Source: an uncultured Pseudomonadota bacterium (GTDB lineage: Bacteria > Oederibacteriota > Muellerivitia > Muellerivitales > Muellerivitaceae). Taken from it: a DNA stretch of 64,000 nt. The translations under genes were made by a program, and so were the position numbers. Positions 1 to 11,356 of this stretch are shown here, one piece after another (positions within the stretch are counted from its first letter, which is position 1; each line of letters starts with the position of its first letter). The DNA lies in NCBI GenBank assembly GCA_963843375.1, contig CAWJKT010000011.1, positions 288,001 through 352,000 of the forward strand. The letters are read 5' to 3'. The notes below the pieces were generated by a model. That model saw only the letters and a list, made by a program, of their open reading frames with translations, was not told the origin of the DNA and searched no databases.

Positions 1-2
1 TC

Positions 3-2855
3 AGTTTCGCTTCCGTCAGTAACACTCCCGTAGCCACGCCAGAGTTAGCGACTGTCTCAGGTGCCGCCTCTATCATTGACGGAGTTGATGGGGGAGCTGA
101 CGGCGATATCTATGCCGCTCGGGCTATTGGTGCTTTCGATATCAACGGTGGAACTACTCAAGTAGTTTATCCGCCCACGGGAACCACCAGCGCCTCTGAA
201 ACCGTGTATGCCGGTTTTGCCCTCGGAACGGAACTCTCACCCGCGGGGGTGACCAGTGGTTACAATAATTTGGAAGATTTGGATGAAATTACTTTCTGGT
301 GCAAGTCTTCCATTGGGGGGATGGTGGTTAATCCAAATGGAACGGCTCCCGCGACGGATATTTGGATGCGGATGAATTTTGTTAACCCGTATATCACAAC
401 CGCCACTGGTGCAGGTTTAGTTGACTATTATGGATTTAATTTCGCAGTCACGGCGGCAAACACCTGGCAGCAATTCACCGTTCCCTTAAGCAGTATTACT
501 AACCAAAACTGGGGAACTGGATCCCAACCGCCGGTCAGCGGAGGAGTCAGTTACGTTATGCCGACGGCACCCGGCGCGACGGTTGCGGCGCCTGCGGCGA
601 ACGCCTTAAGCCAAATTTCCTCTATCGAATGGCAAACCGAAAGTAATACTGGCGCCACTTATCCCGTTTCTTTTACCTTTTGGATAGATCAAGTGTGCTT
701 GACTTTTGAAAACGATAGTCCGACTCCCACCGTGGTTATTGTGAATACCGCCACTCCGCTTCCCACCGCCACGCCCGTGAGCCAACCCACGGGAACCCCG
801 ACTGGAACGCCTACCATAACCGGGACTCCCACAAAGACGGTTACAAGTAGTCCAACAAATTCATCCACCTTCACTCTCACATCTACTGAAACCAATAGCC
901 CTACGGCCACTCTGACAAACACTTTGACTAAGACCGCTACTGCGACGCCGACCTCTACCTTGACCTCCACGCCGACATTAACCGTTACCAACAGCCTGAC
1001 GGCGACTTCCACGAGCACTTCAGCCAGCACTTCGACCAATACGGTAACCACTACCGCGACGGGGACCACGACTAATACCGCTACCCGTACCGCCACCGCT
1101 TCACCCTCCTATACCCCGACAGCTACCCCCACTAATACCCTGACGAATACTTCGACCAATACGGCCACTTCCACCACTACCCGTACCACCACTGCCACAG
1201 CTACCAACACCGCCACTTCCACCATCACGCTGACGGCGACCAATACGGCTACCGGTACCGCCACCTCAACGACGACCAATACCGCCACTCCCACTATCAG
1301 CGATACGCCGACCTTGAGCCCCACGGGAACCATCTTGACCTCGACGCCTACCTCGACTCCCACCAAGACGGCCACGAGTACGGCAACCTTCACGTCCACG
1401 AATACCGGCACCAACACCGCCACGGATACGACGACCATGACGGCGACCAATACCCCGACCAACACGACGACCCAAACCCCGACCAAGACCGCCACGAATA
1501 CGGCCACCGGTACCACGACGAATACGGCGACTCAAACGACCACCTTGACGCCCACCAGCACCTTGGCGAACACCGCGACCAATACGGCTACTTCAACACC
1601 TTCAAGTACGGCGACGCTCACCACGACTTTCACGGCCACCACTACACCAACGAATACGGCTTCTTCAACTACGACGTTGACACCTTCAAGCACTTTCGCC
1701 AATACCGCCACGAATACGGCTTCATCCACGCCCACCAGTACCTTTGCCGAGACCGCCACCAACACCGCCTCCCTGACGCCCACGGCAAGTCTTCCCAACA
1801 CACCCATAAACACCCCAACCAGTACCCCAACCAACACGGCAACCGAAACCAGGACTTCCACACCCACCAACACCTTGACGAATACGGTTACCAATACCAC
1901 CACTTCCACATTCACCAATACCTTTGCCACTACGGCCACTCAAACCCCTACAGCCACACCTACCAATACCTTGGCGAATACCGCGACCAATACGACAACC
2001 GCTACGGCTGTTTACACCGCTACCTTCACCATCACCGTAACCGGAACACCCACTCAAGTGACGGTCCAGGCTTCGCAGGGAACGAGTCCTCCTTCGAATT
2101 CCACCCAAGTGGCGGGAGCTTCCAGCGTGACGATACAGCAGATCCAACTGACCAATCCGGGTACCAATGTGGTGACTTTAAGCAGTTTGACCCTGAGCGA
2201 ATCAGGGGTTCCGCCCACGGGGATCACTTCCATATCGCTTGTGGACGACGGAACGGTGATCTCCACCGCCAGTTTCAGTGGAACGACGGCGACCTTTAGC
2301 TTAACGTCGAGCAATACCATTCCCGCCAGCAGCGGGGCGGTGACTTATGAAGTGGTGGTGAACTTCTCCAGCAGCGCGGCGGCAGGGAACTACGCCTTCA
2401 GTATCACCAGCGGTGCGGGGAGCAACGGCGAGCCGGTTCTATTCGCCAATATGCCGGTTGGCGGGGCGACAATCACGATCGGTTCGGGGAGTACCACGGC
2501 GTCCGCGACACCCACTTCCACGCTTCAACCGGGTTCAACGCCCGTTGTATACCCGAATCCGGCGACAGGCACAGAACCGGTCACGGTGGCGGCGACAACG
2601 AGTCAGGCGTCAGATTCGATGACGGTGCAGGTCTTCACGGTGGCCTTCCGGGAAGTGCAGAACAACGAGTACTCCACTTCGTCGCCGGGCGTGACGGCTT
2701 CCGTAAGCAGCGGAAGTACCACCGCCAAGACATGGCGTATACCTTTGATCCTCAGTGACAAGTGGGGCACGCCCCTGGCCAGCGGCCTTTATTACGTGGT
2801 GATCTCCAACCATATCGGCTACCACGCGGTGACCAAACTCCTCCTTTTGCGCTGA
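3..2855 (+). CDS. 5'-truncated secreted protein: CBM11/CIA30-like carbohydrate-binding domain, Thr-rich stalk, shared beta domain, T9SS-like CTD
   Basis: Frame is open from position 3, so the true start lies outside the window. ITFWCKS...WQQFTVPLSS...ISSIEWQ...FWIDQV pattern; ~450-aa TxTx region; C-terminal YPNP...LASGLYYVVI...KLLLLR. Confidence 0.75.
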   Translation, partial: SFASVSNTPVATPELATVSGAASIIDGVDGGADGDIYAARAIGAFDINGGTTQVVYPPTGTTSASETVYAGFALGTELSPAGVTSGYNNLEDLDEITFWCKSSIGGMVVNPNGTAPATDIWMRMNFVNPYITTATGAGLVDYYGFNFAVTAANTWQQFTVPLSSITNQNWGTGSQPPVSGGVSYVMPTAPGATVAAPAANALSQISSIEWQTESNTGATYPVSFTFWIDQVCLTFENDSPTPTVVIVNTATPLPTATPVSQPTGTPTGTPTITGTPTKTVTSSPTNSSTFTLTSTETNSPTATLTNTLTKTATATPTSTLTSTPTLTVTNSLTATSTSTSASTSTNTVTTTATGTTTNTATRTATASPSYTPTATPTNTLTNTSTNTATSTTTRTTTATATNTATSTITLTATNTATGTATSTTTNTATPTISDTPTLSPTGTILTSTPTSTPTKTATSTATFTSTNTGTNTATDTTTMTATNTPTNTTTQTPTKTATNTATGTTTNTATQTTTLTPTSTLANTATNTATSTPSSTATLTTTFTATTTPTNTASSTTTLTPSSTFANTATNTASSTPTSTFAETATNTASLTPTASLPNTPINTPTSTPTNTATETRTSTPTNTLTNTVTNTTTSTFTNTFATTATQTPTATPTNTLANTATNTTTATAVYTATFTITVTGTPTQVTVQASQGTSPPSNSTQVAGASSVTIQQIQLTNPGTNVVTLSSLTLSESGVPPTGITSISLVDDGTVISTASFSGTTATFSLTSSNTIPASSGAVTYEVVVNFSSSAAAGNYAFSITSGAGSNGEPVLFANMPVGGATITIGSGSTTASATPTSTLQPGSTPVVYPNPATGTEPVTVAATTSQASDSMTVQVFTVAFREVQNNEYSTSSPGVTASVSSGSTTAKTWRIPLILSDKWGTPLASGLYYVVISNHIGYHAVTKLLLLR

Positions 2856-2986
2856 TTCCAAACGTCTGTTAACCCAATTATTTCAATATAAATCTGTTAT
2901 AAACTTGTTCAATTTTCAAAGTACATGAAGATTGTTCTCCAACCTTTAGATGCTCTCTTTTCTAATTTATAATCCCTCGAAGTTTT

Positions 2987-3002
2987 GTGAAACCGGTTTC
3001 AC
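2987..3002. promoter_or_regulatory. LacI-type operator-like palindrome GTGAAACCGGTTTCAC
   Basis: Perfect 16-bp palindrome with central CG upstream of the ECF sigma gene; variants at 16897 and 22478. Confidence 0.65.
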
Positions 3003-3139
3003 TCCTTTGAATTGGGCTTTAAGATTAGCCGGCGGTTGGCTTTTGAGGTCGGAAATAAAGAATTTCTTGTCATTTCATTTTCTAGGGTCCGAAATGGAAT
3101 ATTTCGGGTTGAAATGGCACTAAGTCATTAGGAGATCCT

Positions 3140-3709
3140 TTGGACGAGCGGGAACTGGTTGAACGGATCCTAAAGGGTGACGAAAAGGCCAAAACGGAGT
3201 TTTATCGGGCTTACCAGCAAAAGCTCTATGGCTTTTGCGTGTACTTCATGGGGTCCAACGACCCGGAAATTGAGGACATCCTTCAGGAAGCTTTTCTGGC
3301 TGCTTTCCAAAAATTAGGCCAGTTTGAGTTTCGTTCCAGCCTGGATACCTGGTTGACCCAAATCTGTATTCACCAATGTTACCGGCATTTCCGAAAGCGC
3401 GGCCGAATGGTGACCCAGGCTGAAGAGGATTTGGAGGAAAGGCTAAAGCCCCTTGCTTTGGAGACCGCCCAACAGGCGGACCGAGATTTGGAAAGGAAGA
3501 CGAGGATGGAAACCGTCGACCGGGCCCTGGGAAGCATGGGGGAACCTTGTAAAAAGATGCTCCAACTAAGAATGAAGGAAAGCGCAAGTTACATTGAGAT
3601 TGCCCGGGCGTTGAAAGTTCCCATAGGAACGGTTATGTCTCGCTTGGCCCGTTGCACGGCAGGGCTGAAAGAAAGGGTAGAGAAGATGTTGGAAGAGGGG
3701 AAGCAATGA
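3140..3709 (+). CDS. ECF RNA polymerase sigma factor
   Basis: EDILQEAFL...FEFRSSLDTWL region 2 and SYIEIARALKVPIGTVMSRLAR region 4; GGAG RBS. Confidence 0.93.
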   Translation: MDERELVERILKGDEKAKTEFYRAYQQKLYGFCVYFMGSNDPEIEDILQEAFLAAFQKLGQFEFRSSLDTWLTQICIHQCYRHFRKRGRMVTQAEEDLEERLKPLALETAQQADRDLERKTRMETVDRALGSMGEPCKKMLQLRMKESASYIEIARALKVPIGTVMSRLARCTAGLKERVEKMLEEGKQ

Positions 3710-4362
3710 CAAACTTGGTGAATGAATTTTTCAACCGGAATTTGACCGAGGCCGAAGCTCAGAGTCTAGAAGAGCTTTTGGGTAATTCCCCCGAGGAAGC
3801 CATTCGGTTCGGGGAAAAAATGAAGCAAGAATATCTAGCCATGGGTCTGCCGATTCCCACGATTCCGAAAGATTTCGGACTCTCTCATCAGGTTCTTTCA
3901 CTGACCAAGTTGGCTTTGTTAGCAACCACCTTGTCACCAGTTATTCTCGTTTGGTCCCTGTGGCCTAAAACAACGTCCTGGAGATATCGCAAACTACAAC
4001 TTCGCCGCGCCAATGGAGAAAGTTGTGGTTCCCGCCGCCCTTTCCAGGCCAAAAACAATATTGCCGCCTCCGCCCCTATTAGATTCCCCAACGTCTGACG
4101 GGATCCTCGGTCTGAGGGAACCCGTTTGAGTGTCGTCGTTGAATTGGATAAACCTGCGCCGGTGGCAGTTTGCATCCTCGACCCCAAAGAGCAAACTGTG
4201 CGAACCCTTTACCAAGGAAATCTTTCTCCGGGGAAATGGTCAATCCATTGGGATGGGCTTCTATCCAACGGATCTCAGGCTCCTACAGGGGATTATCGTA
4301 TCTGGGTTAAGTCCGGAACGACCGAGATGTCCAAAAACGTGAGTATTGAAACGGGAAAATAG
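3706..4362 (+). CDS. Putative membrane anti-sigma factor with C-terminal FlgD-Ig-like domain (disrupted near 3980-4100)
   Basis: ATGA overlap with the sigma stop; N-terminal helical part, one TM segment, then VRTLYQG...WDG...APTGDYRI in the same frame after an in-frame stop at 4096-4098. Confidence 0.6.
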
Positions 4363-4415
4363 GTTATCATTTCCACGCTGTAGGTTATGAATAGGAAGAG
4401 CCTTCCGGGAATGTT

Positions 4416-5825
4416 ATGATTTTGCCGGGGGCATCCATGCGGCCGTCCGGCTTATCAAAATTCATAATTCCTTTTGTCTTCTTAAACCGATACAAGACCT
4501 ATCCTCGAAGAGGATTTTGGGCTTTATTTTGGTTTTTTTTCTTGGGCTTCGCCGAGTTTTTAGGGGTTTTCTTGCCGATGTCTTTTTCTGCCACGACTTC
4601 TTTCGCGCAAACGGTGACGGGAACAGCGAGCCTGGCGGCACCTTTAGAAAATCTCGAGGGCTCAGCCCGGGATTTGGCCCTGGGGTCAGCCTTTGTGGGC
4701 GTGGCCGACGATACCTCCGCCCTTTTCTTCAACCCTGCGGGACTTTCGGGTTTAATAAACCCGGACATTGCCATTCATCATAACAGTTATCTGGCGGGAA
4801 CTTTTCAAGAAACACTTACAGCGGGTTTCCCAGCCGGGAATCTGGGAGGATTGGCTTTTGCTTTGGATTATGTGGGTTGGGGGAGCCTTGATCTCCGGGA
4901 CGCCTTTGGTGTGTCCGAGGGAAGCTTCAACGATAGCGACGTGGGTTTTACTGCGGGCTGGGGTATGGAATGGTTCCCCGGTTTTTCGGTTGGCTTTGCC
5001 TTGAGAGGACTCCAACAGAAAGTTGTGAACGATCTTTACACCAGCTTGGCGGGGGACGCAGGACTCCTTTGGTTGGCGCAAAAAAATTTCCGCCTGGGCA
5101 TCTCTTATCTTAATTTTGGCACCCCGGTGGCAGGCAGCCCGCTTGCGGGTGAATTAAATGGCGGTGGATCAATTCTTTTCAACCTAACTCCTCATTCCAC
5201 CCTTATGTCGGCTTTGGAGGGATCTTGGACCCCAGGAGGAGTTGGTTCTGCCCAAGCAGGATTGGAAGGGGTTCTGGATCGTCAATGGGCATTGAGGTTG
5301 GGATACCAGCTGCCATTTTATGACAACCAAATCGATGGTCTAACCGGGTTTACCGCTGGCGCCGGTCTTAAAATTTCAGCTTTTGCTATAGATTATGCCT
5401 ATCTTCCCTTTGGCAGTTTGGGGACATCCAACCGCATTAGTTTAGCTTACCAATTTGACCTGCCTAAGGAAGTGGTAAAGGTAACCGTACCCGTTCAAGT
5501 GCCCGTGACGGTAGTTCAACCGGCTCCCGAACTCCCGGGCAAAGATGTTGAAGTTCATTTCAAAATCTCTACCGATCCCCTTGCCAAAGGACAGGAATTG
5601 GAAAAAGAAGGTAAACTGAAAGAAGCTATTGGGATTTACGTAGAAGGTCTCAAGGCAAATCCAGCCGATGATCTTCTTTGGCAGGCACTCGCCAATGACT
5701 ATTACGTCCTGAATGAAAAAGCCTATGCCATTGAGTGTTTTGAAAAAGTTCTCCAATTGAAGCCGGATAATCAGGCTCTAAAGGATTGGCTGGAGAAGTA
5801 CAAAGGATCAACGGTTTCGAATTGA
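4416..5825 (+). CDS. PorV/PorQ-family outer-membrane beta-barrel with C-terminal TPR
   Basis: GSARDLALGSAFVGVADDTSALFFNPAGL start, LRLGY, IDYAYLPFGSLG.SNRISLAY end of barrel; TPR-like tail. The start may be further downstream. Confidence 0.85.
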   Translation: MILPGASMRPSGLSKFIIPFVFLNRYKTYPRRGFWALFWFFFLGFAEFLGVFLPMSFSATTSFAQTVTGTASLAAPLENLEGSARDLALGSAFVGVADDTSALFFNPAGLSGLINPDIAIHHNSYLAGTFQETLTAGFPAGNLGGLAFALDYVGWGSLDLRDAFGVSEGSFNDSDVGFTAGWGMEWFPGFSVGFALRGLQQKVVNDLYTSLAGDAGLLWLAQKNFRLGISYLNFGTPVAGSPLAGELNGGGSILFNLTPHSTLMSALEGSWTPGGVGSAQAGLEGVLDRQWALRLGYQLPFYDNQIDGLTGFTAGAGLKISAFAIDYAYLPFGSLGTSNRISLAYQFDLPKEVVKVTVPVQVPVTVVQPAPELPGKDVEVHFKISTDPLAKGQELEKEGKLKEAIGIYVEGLKANPADDLLWQALANDYYVLNEKAYAIECFEKVLQLKPDNQALKDWLEKYKGSTVSN

Positions 5826-5847
5826 AGGCGGCACAAAGAGGTTTTTA

Positions 5848-7227
5848 ATGTTTTGGACGAAAACAATTCTGTCTTTTTCGTTTTTGGTTTTTTTGTGTTT
5901 GAGCTTTAGGACAGATCAAGCGCAGGGCCAAACTGCCACGCCCTCACCTACGGCCACTTCCGTGGTCTTGTCCTCTGCATTCCTGAACCAATCTTCCCCT
6001 TCCACGGTGGTGACGGGAGGACAAGTGGTCATCTATAACCTGGCCTATGGAAACACGGGGATTCCCGTGACCACATTGGACACCTTTGAGACCGATACAG
6101 TTGGAGGAATGCCAGCCAGTTGGGTTACCTATGGTGGCGCATCAGGAACGACCATTACCGAAACGGTTATCAGTGGAGCCGAATTCAATGGTCCAACCGC
6201 CCCGGGAAATCAATCTGTGTCGGTAGTTTATCCTTATGGTTGTACGAGTTTTTGCGGCCGTTTGGATTACACGGGTGCCGGACCAGTGACCGATGGTTCG
6301 ATCCAGGCGGATTTTTATTTTCCCAATTCGGGAAACGCGGCGGCCTTAATGTGGCGAAACGATGCCGTGGATGATCAATATCAGGTGACGGTTTCCCAGG
6401 GAACCAGCAACAATATAAATTTGGTGGTCCAGAAATCGGGCAGTTTTCAAATCCTCACCACCGCCAGCGCTAACATCAACACCAGCTCATGGATCACTGT
6501 CAAATTAGCAGTGTCGGGCGTGAACCCTGCTCTATTGACGGCTTATGTAAATGGAGTTCCAGTTGCAACGGCAAGCACCACAGTCCAATTAGCGCCCGGA
6601 TTTTCCGGAATCCAGGTACAAGGATTGTCGACAGTGATTTTTGACAACGTCCAGGTCGTCCAATCGCCGGATTTTGATAACGTGAATCTGCTGGATACTT
6701 TGCCAGCCGGATTGAGCTATGTTACGGCCACTGGAAGCCCGTCGGTCACAGAGCAAATCGTCAATTGGAACTTGGGAAGTTTAGTGGCGGGTTCAGCCGG
6801 GACCGTCCAAGTCGCCGCGACGGCCAATAACTGCGATAAGACTTTCACTAACTCAGCCCAATTGGATTTGGGTGCCCCCCCGGGATCGGTTACTTCCAAT
6901 CCGGTGACCACTTTGGGGGTCTGCAGCCCAACCCCCACTCCCCCGGCACCCGGCAATCAACCTTATGTATACTCCAACCCGTCCAGCGGCCCTACGGTTA
7001 GTTTCGTCTATAACATGGGGGAAAGTGGAAAGGCCGATATCCGAGTGTGGAACGCTTCGGGAGTTCTGGCGGCCAGCCTGGAGGACACGAAACCTGCCGG
7101 AGTCCAACAAAGTGTCCTCAATATACAAACCTTTGCGCCCGGGCATTATTTTTACCAGATAGACTTAAAGTACGATTCGGGTCAGGAGGATCGTTTTAAA
7201 CCCTCCGTATTGGCAATCCAGAAATAA
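5848..7227 (+). CDS. Secreted protein: DUF11-like domain with inserted lectin/LamG-like domain and divergent T9SS-like CTD
   Basis: Signal peptide; YNLAYGNTG and LLDTLPAGLSYV...WNLGSL...FTNSAQ motifs; YVYSNP...APGHYFY tail. Confidence 0.65.
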   Translation: MFWTKTILSFSFLVFLCLSFRTDQAQGQTATPSPTATSVVLSSAFLNQSSPSTVVTGGQVVIYNLAYGNTGIPVTTLDTFETDTVGGMPASWVTYGGASGTTITETVISGAEFNGPTAPGNQSVSVVYPYGCTSFCGRLDYTGAGPVTDGSIQADFYFPNSGNAAALMWRNDAVDDQYQVTVSQGTSNNINLVVQKSGSFQILTTASANINTSSWITVKLAVSGVNPALLTAYVNGVPVATASTTVQLAPGFSGIQVQGLSTVIFDNVQVVQSPDFDNVNLLDTLPAGLSYVTATGSPSVTEQIVNWNLGSLVAGSAGTVQVAATANNCDKTFTNSAQLDLGAPPGSVTSNPVTTLGVCSPTPTPPAPGNQPYVYSNPSSGPTVSFVYNMGESGKADIRVWNASGVLAASLEDTKPAGVQQSVLNIQTFAPGHYFYQIDLKYDSGQEDRFKPSVLAIQK

Positions 7228-7430
7228 GCTATTTAATTCTAGTTTTTAAGCTGAAAACTCCATAAATGAATACTTTCTTCGATTTTTTCTTAGGGATTGA
7301 GTGATAAATCAAAAAAAAATCGGAAAAGAGGGAATAAAACCATCTAGTTTTGGATCAAAGATACGGGAGACTCTATCCCGTCCAGCTTTGACGAGCGGGA
7401 ATTCCAAAAAATAACGGATGGCGGCGGAAA

Positions 7431-10400
7431 TTGAAATTTTCTGTTTGTGCCCTTAAAAACGGTTTAAACCATTTATCCTCGAAATTAACAGGATACGCCC
7501 GATTTCTTGGATTCCTATTCCTTCTCTTATTACCCTCGCATTCCCAAGCTAATGTTCCCGGTGGCGGCACTGGCACCGGGGCTAATGTCACGGTTACGAC
7601 CAACGGCACGAACGTTACCCTGGCCAACGGCATTGTCTCTTTTGTCATCGACACGACCAATGGGAATATCACTAGTTTCATTTACAACGGCGTAGACCTT
7701 TTGACCGGAGGCGATGGCGGAGCCGGGGGATATTTTTACTACGACAACTCCGGCGGACCTGTTCTGACGAATCCGGTTTATACGCTGACCGTGAACCCCG
7801 CGAACAACGGAGGCGACCAGGCGGAAGTATGGCTACAGTCGACGGAAAGCCCCATGGACATGGCCGTCTATTACGACATGTTGCGTGGACAACAGGGTAT
7901 CTATGATACGGTGATCTTCACTCATGAGGCCAGCTACCCCGACTATCCGGGAGCTGAACTGCGTTCCGATATGTACGTGGGCTCCATTTTTGACTGGCTG
8001 GTCGTGGATCCCTATCGTTTTCGCCAGATGGCGTCGCCGACTGACACAACGGTGGCCGTGCCAGGCGCGCCCCGGAAGTAATGCAGTGGACCAGCGGAAT
8101 CTATAACGGATTCACGAATTGCAAGTATTCCTACAGCGCTCCTTTGGGAGAACTCAACACCTGGGGCTGGGCTTCCTCAACTACCAATTACGGGATCTGG
8201 CAGACGGTCCCCAGCCACGAATATAACGACGGTGGACCTCTTCACCGGGAGCTCACCGAGCATATCGGTAACACGCTGCTGAACATGTTCGGGGGCGATC
8301 ACTACGGTTTCGGTTCCACTCAGGATCAGCCCGCCGGCACTTTCTCAACCAAGACCTTCGGTCCGGCTTTTATTTACCCCAATCAGTACACAGGTTCCTC
8401 CAGCGATCCGGTTTCCTTGAAGGCCCAGGTTCTTTGGGCCGACGCACAGGCGCAAGCTGCCGCCGAACAAGGCGCCTGGCCCTACACTTGGTTCAATCCC
8501 CAGCCGGTGGCCGGAGCGGCTTCTAGCGTTGTTTATACCCAGGCATCCGGCCGCGGTACAGTGAGCGGCAACCTAGCCATAAGCGACCCCTATAACCCGG
8601 GTATCTCGCCTGTGAGCATCTGGGTTGGATTGGCCCCGCTTGACGGTGGGGTGGATTTCCAGCAGCAATACCTGACCTACCAGTTCTGGGTTCAGACGGG
8701 ATCGGGTGGCAGTTTCACCATCCCCAACGTGCTGCCGGGCACCTATAACCTCTGGGCCTTCGGCTCCGGTGTTGTTGGAACCTACGAAGACGCGAATATC
8801 ACAGTGACCGCAGGCCAGTCTCTGAACCTGGGGACTCTCACTTGGTCGCCTCTGCGTCTGGGACCCACGGTGTGGGATATTGGAATTCCGGATAGGGATT
8901 CGAATGAATTCAACGGCGGGAACCATGACGTGACTCCCTATAGCGGTGTTCTTCCGCCCTTTGCGGGTGGAGCGCCTTACGACGTTCCGGCGACTTGGGG
9001 GGCCTTCATGGCCTATCCGGCCTTGTACCCCAACGGGGTCAGTTTTGTTGTGGGGACAAGCAACTATGCCACGGACTGGAACTATTGCCAACCGACCACA
9101 GCCGTCGTCAATGCAGGCGTTACAACCTACAACGGGTCGAGCTCCAGCATTTATTTCAACATGGCTACTGCGCCAACGGCGGCGCAAACGGCCCGACTTT
9201 ATATCGCCTTCGCCTCTGCCTTTAGTTCGGCCTGTATTCTCACGATCAACGGGACAATCCAAACCGGCACGGTCATGGGCTCCACAGACGGTACCTACAC
9301 TGCAATCACCAACCCGGCTACGGGCTTCTATCCGCCCAACTATGGCTTTGCCTGCATAGTTCGCCTGGGTTCCCAGGGCGCCTGGGGGGACGCCTACCTG
9401 GACTTTCCCGGAAACGACCTGAAGGCGGGTATGAACGAGATCAACATCGGCATGCGTCCCACCGGCACGGCCGCCAACGGCGATGGCTTTGAATATGATT
9501 ATGTACGGTTGGAATTAACGGGCTTCCAGACGCCCACCCCCACACCTTCAGGTTCCACTCCCACGAATAGTCCCACATCCACCATCACGGTCACGAGAAC
9601 TAATACGCCTACGAACAGTCCTACGTCCACGTCCACAATGACTGCGACCAATACCGCCTCTTCAACCGCCACGGCGAGCCGAACTAATACCGGCACTAAT
9701 ACTGCCACCAATACGGCGACTTACACCCCTACCCCCACGGCCTCGAATACAACCACCAAATCAGCAACTTCAACACCCACCAGTACTTTAACGAATACTA
9801 TGACCAACACAGTCACCGCATCCGCCACCAGTACCTTGACGAATACTTCCACCAAAAGCCCTACCCCAACCATCTCTAATACCGCCACCCCCACGTCTTC
9901 TTCGACGCCTATTAACACAACTACTAACACTGCCACTATGACTGCTTCGGAAACAACCACCGAGACCGCCACTAGTACCTTGACGAATACCACCACCAAA
10001 AGCCCTACCGCCACCGCCTCCAACACGGCCACCCCCACGTCTTCTTCAACGCCGACTAACACACTGGCGAATACGGCGACTCAAACAGCAACGGCCACGC
10101 CTACCAATAGCTTTGTTAATAGTGCCACTAACACTGCTACTTCTACTTTTTCCTCTTCCACTACGAACACACCCACAGAAACCGCTACTAGTACATTCAC
10201 GAACACAACTACCAACAGCGCCACCGCAACCGTCTCAAACACTGCCACCCCAACCACTTCTTCCACGCCTACCAATACCTTAGCCTTTACTGCTACCAAT
10301 ACAGCTACTGCCACTCCAACGAGTACTTTGACCGATACCGCCACAAACAGCGCTACCGCCACTGCCTCGAATACGGTGACTAAAACGACAACTTCGACCA

Positions 10401-11332
10401 CGACTAATACATTAGCCAATACCGCCACTCAAACCGCTACGGCAACAGCGACCCATTCCGTAACGAATACCCCCACCTTTACGACAACCCCTACGGCGAC
10501 TTATACGCTGACCTCCACCTTTACGTTAACCACGACCCCCACGGAGGTGACGGTCCAAAGCTCCCAGGGCTCCAATCCTCCCATTAACTCCACCCAGGTC
10601 CCGGGTGCGGCGGGAGTCACGGTCCAGCAAATCCAGTTAACCAATCCGGGAGGGAATACGGTCACTTTGACCAGTTTAACTCTGACGGAGACGGGGGCGT
10701 CCCCTTCAGGGATCACTTCGGTGTCACTGGTGGACGATGGAACGGTTGTGTCTTCCGCCCCATTCACTGGTTCAACGGTGATCTTTAGTATTAACAATAC
10801 GATTCCCCCGAGTAATGGGGCGGTGACTTACGAAGTGGTGGTGAACTACTCGAGTAGTGCGCCAACTGGAAGCTATCAGTTCAGCGTAACAGCAGGGACC
10901 GGAACGAACGGCGAACCGGTGCTTTTCAGTGGTTTACCGGTGAGTGGAGCGACGATCACAATTGGTCTTGCCACTCTGACGCCTACCTCCACCGTGATGG
11001 CAACCTCCTCGGCTACTTCGACAGCGACCCTATCGGTTACCCCGACTCCGCAGGCCACTGTGATTGTGTATCCAAATCCAGCGACGGGTCCAGGACCGGT
11101 GACGCTTCAAATTTCTTTGGGAGCGCCCGCATCGAAAGTGACGATTGAGGTCTTTACTTTGGCCTTCAGGAAGGTGAATGAGATTAACTTGTCGAATATC
11201 CCAGCGGGCACCTTGGATGTGACCTTGCCTTTAACCGATAGGGGCGGGATCCCCCTGGCTAACGGGCTCTATTACGTCGTGATCCAGACACCCCAAGGCA
11301 GGTTTATCACAAAGCTCCTAATTATTAGATGA
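7431..11332 (+). CDS. Rhamnogalacturonan lyase (PL4-like) with Thr stalk, shared beta domain and CTD; one frameshift near 8075
   Basis: ORFs 7431-8081 and 8081-11332 abut; VTLANGIV, KY.YS, GGP..RELT.H, YQFW.....G.FTI.NV.PGTY.L.AF, WDIGIPDR...EF, DWNY, YDYVRLE motifs. Confidence 0.85.
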
Positions 11333-11356
11333 TCCTAGTTTCAAGTGGGTTAACGG

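Noticed and set aside
2055..2480. Calling the shared beta domain a cohesin or dockerin
   Set aside because: No duplicated Ca-binding dockerin motif and no cohesin signature I can recognise; left unassigned
3115..3130. TGGCAC upstream of the ECF sigma gene as a sigma54 promoter
   Set aside because: Lacks the -12 TTGC at the required spacing
8060..8090. Programmed frameshift in the PL4 gene
   Set aside because: No slippery heptamer is visible and similar breaks occur throughout the window
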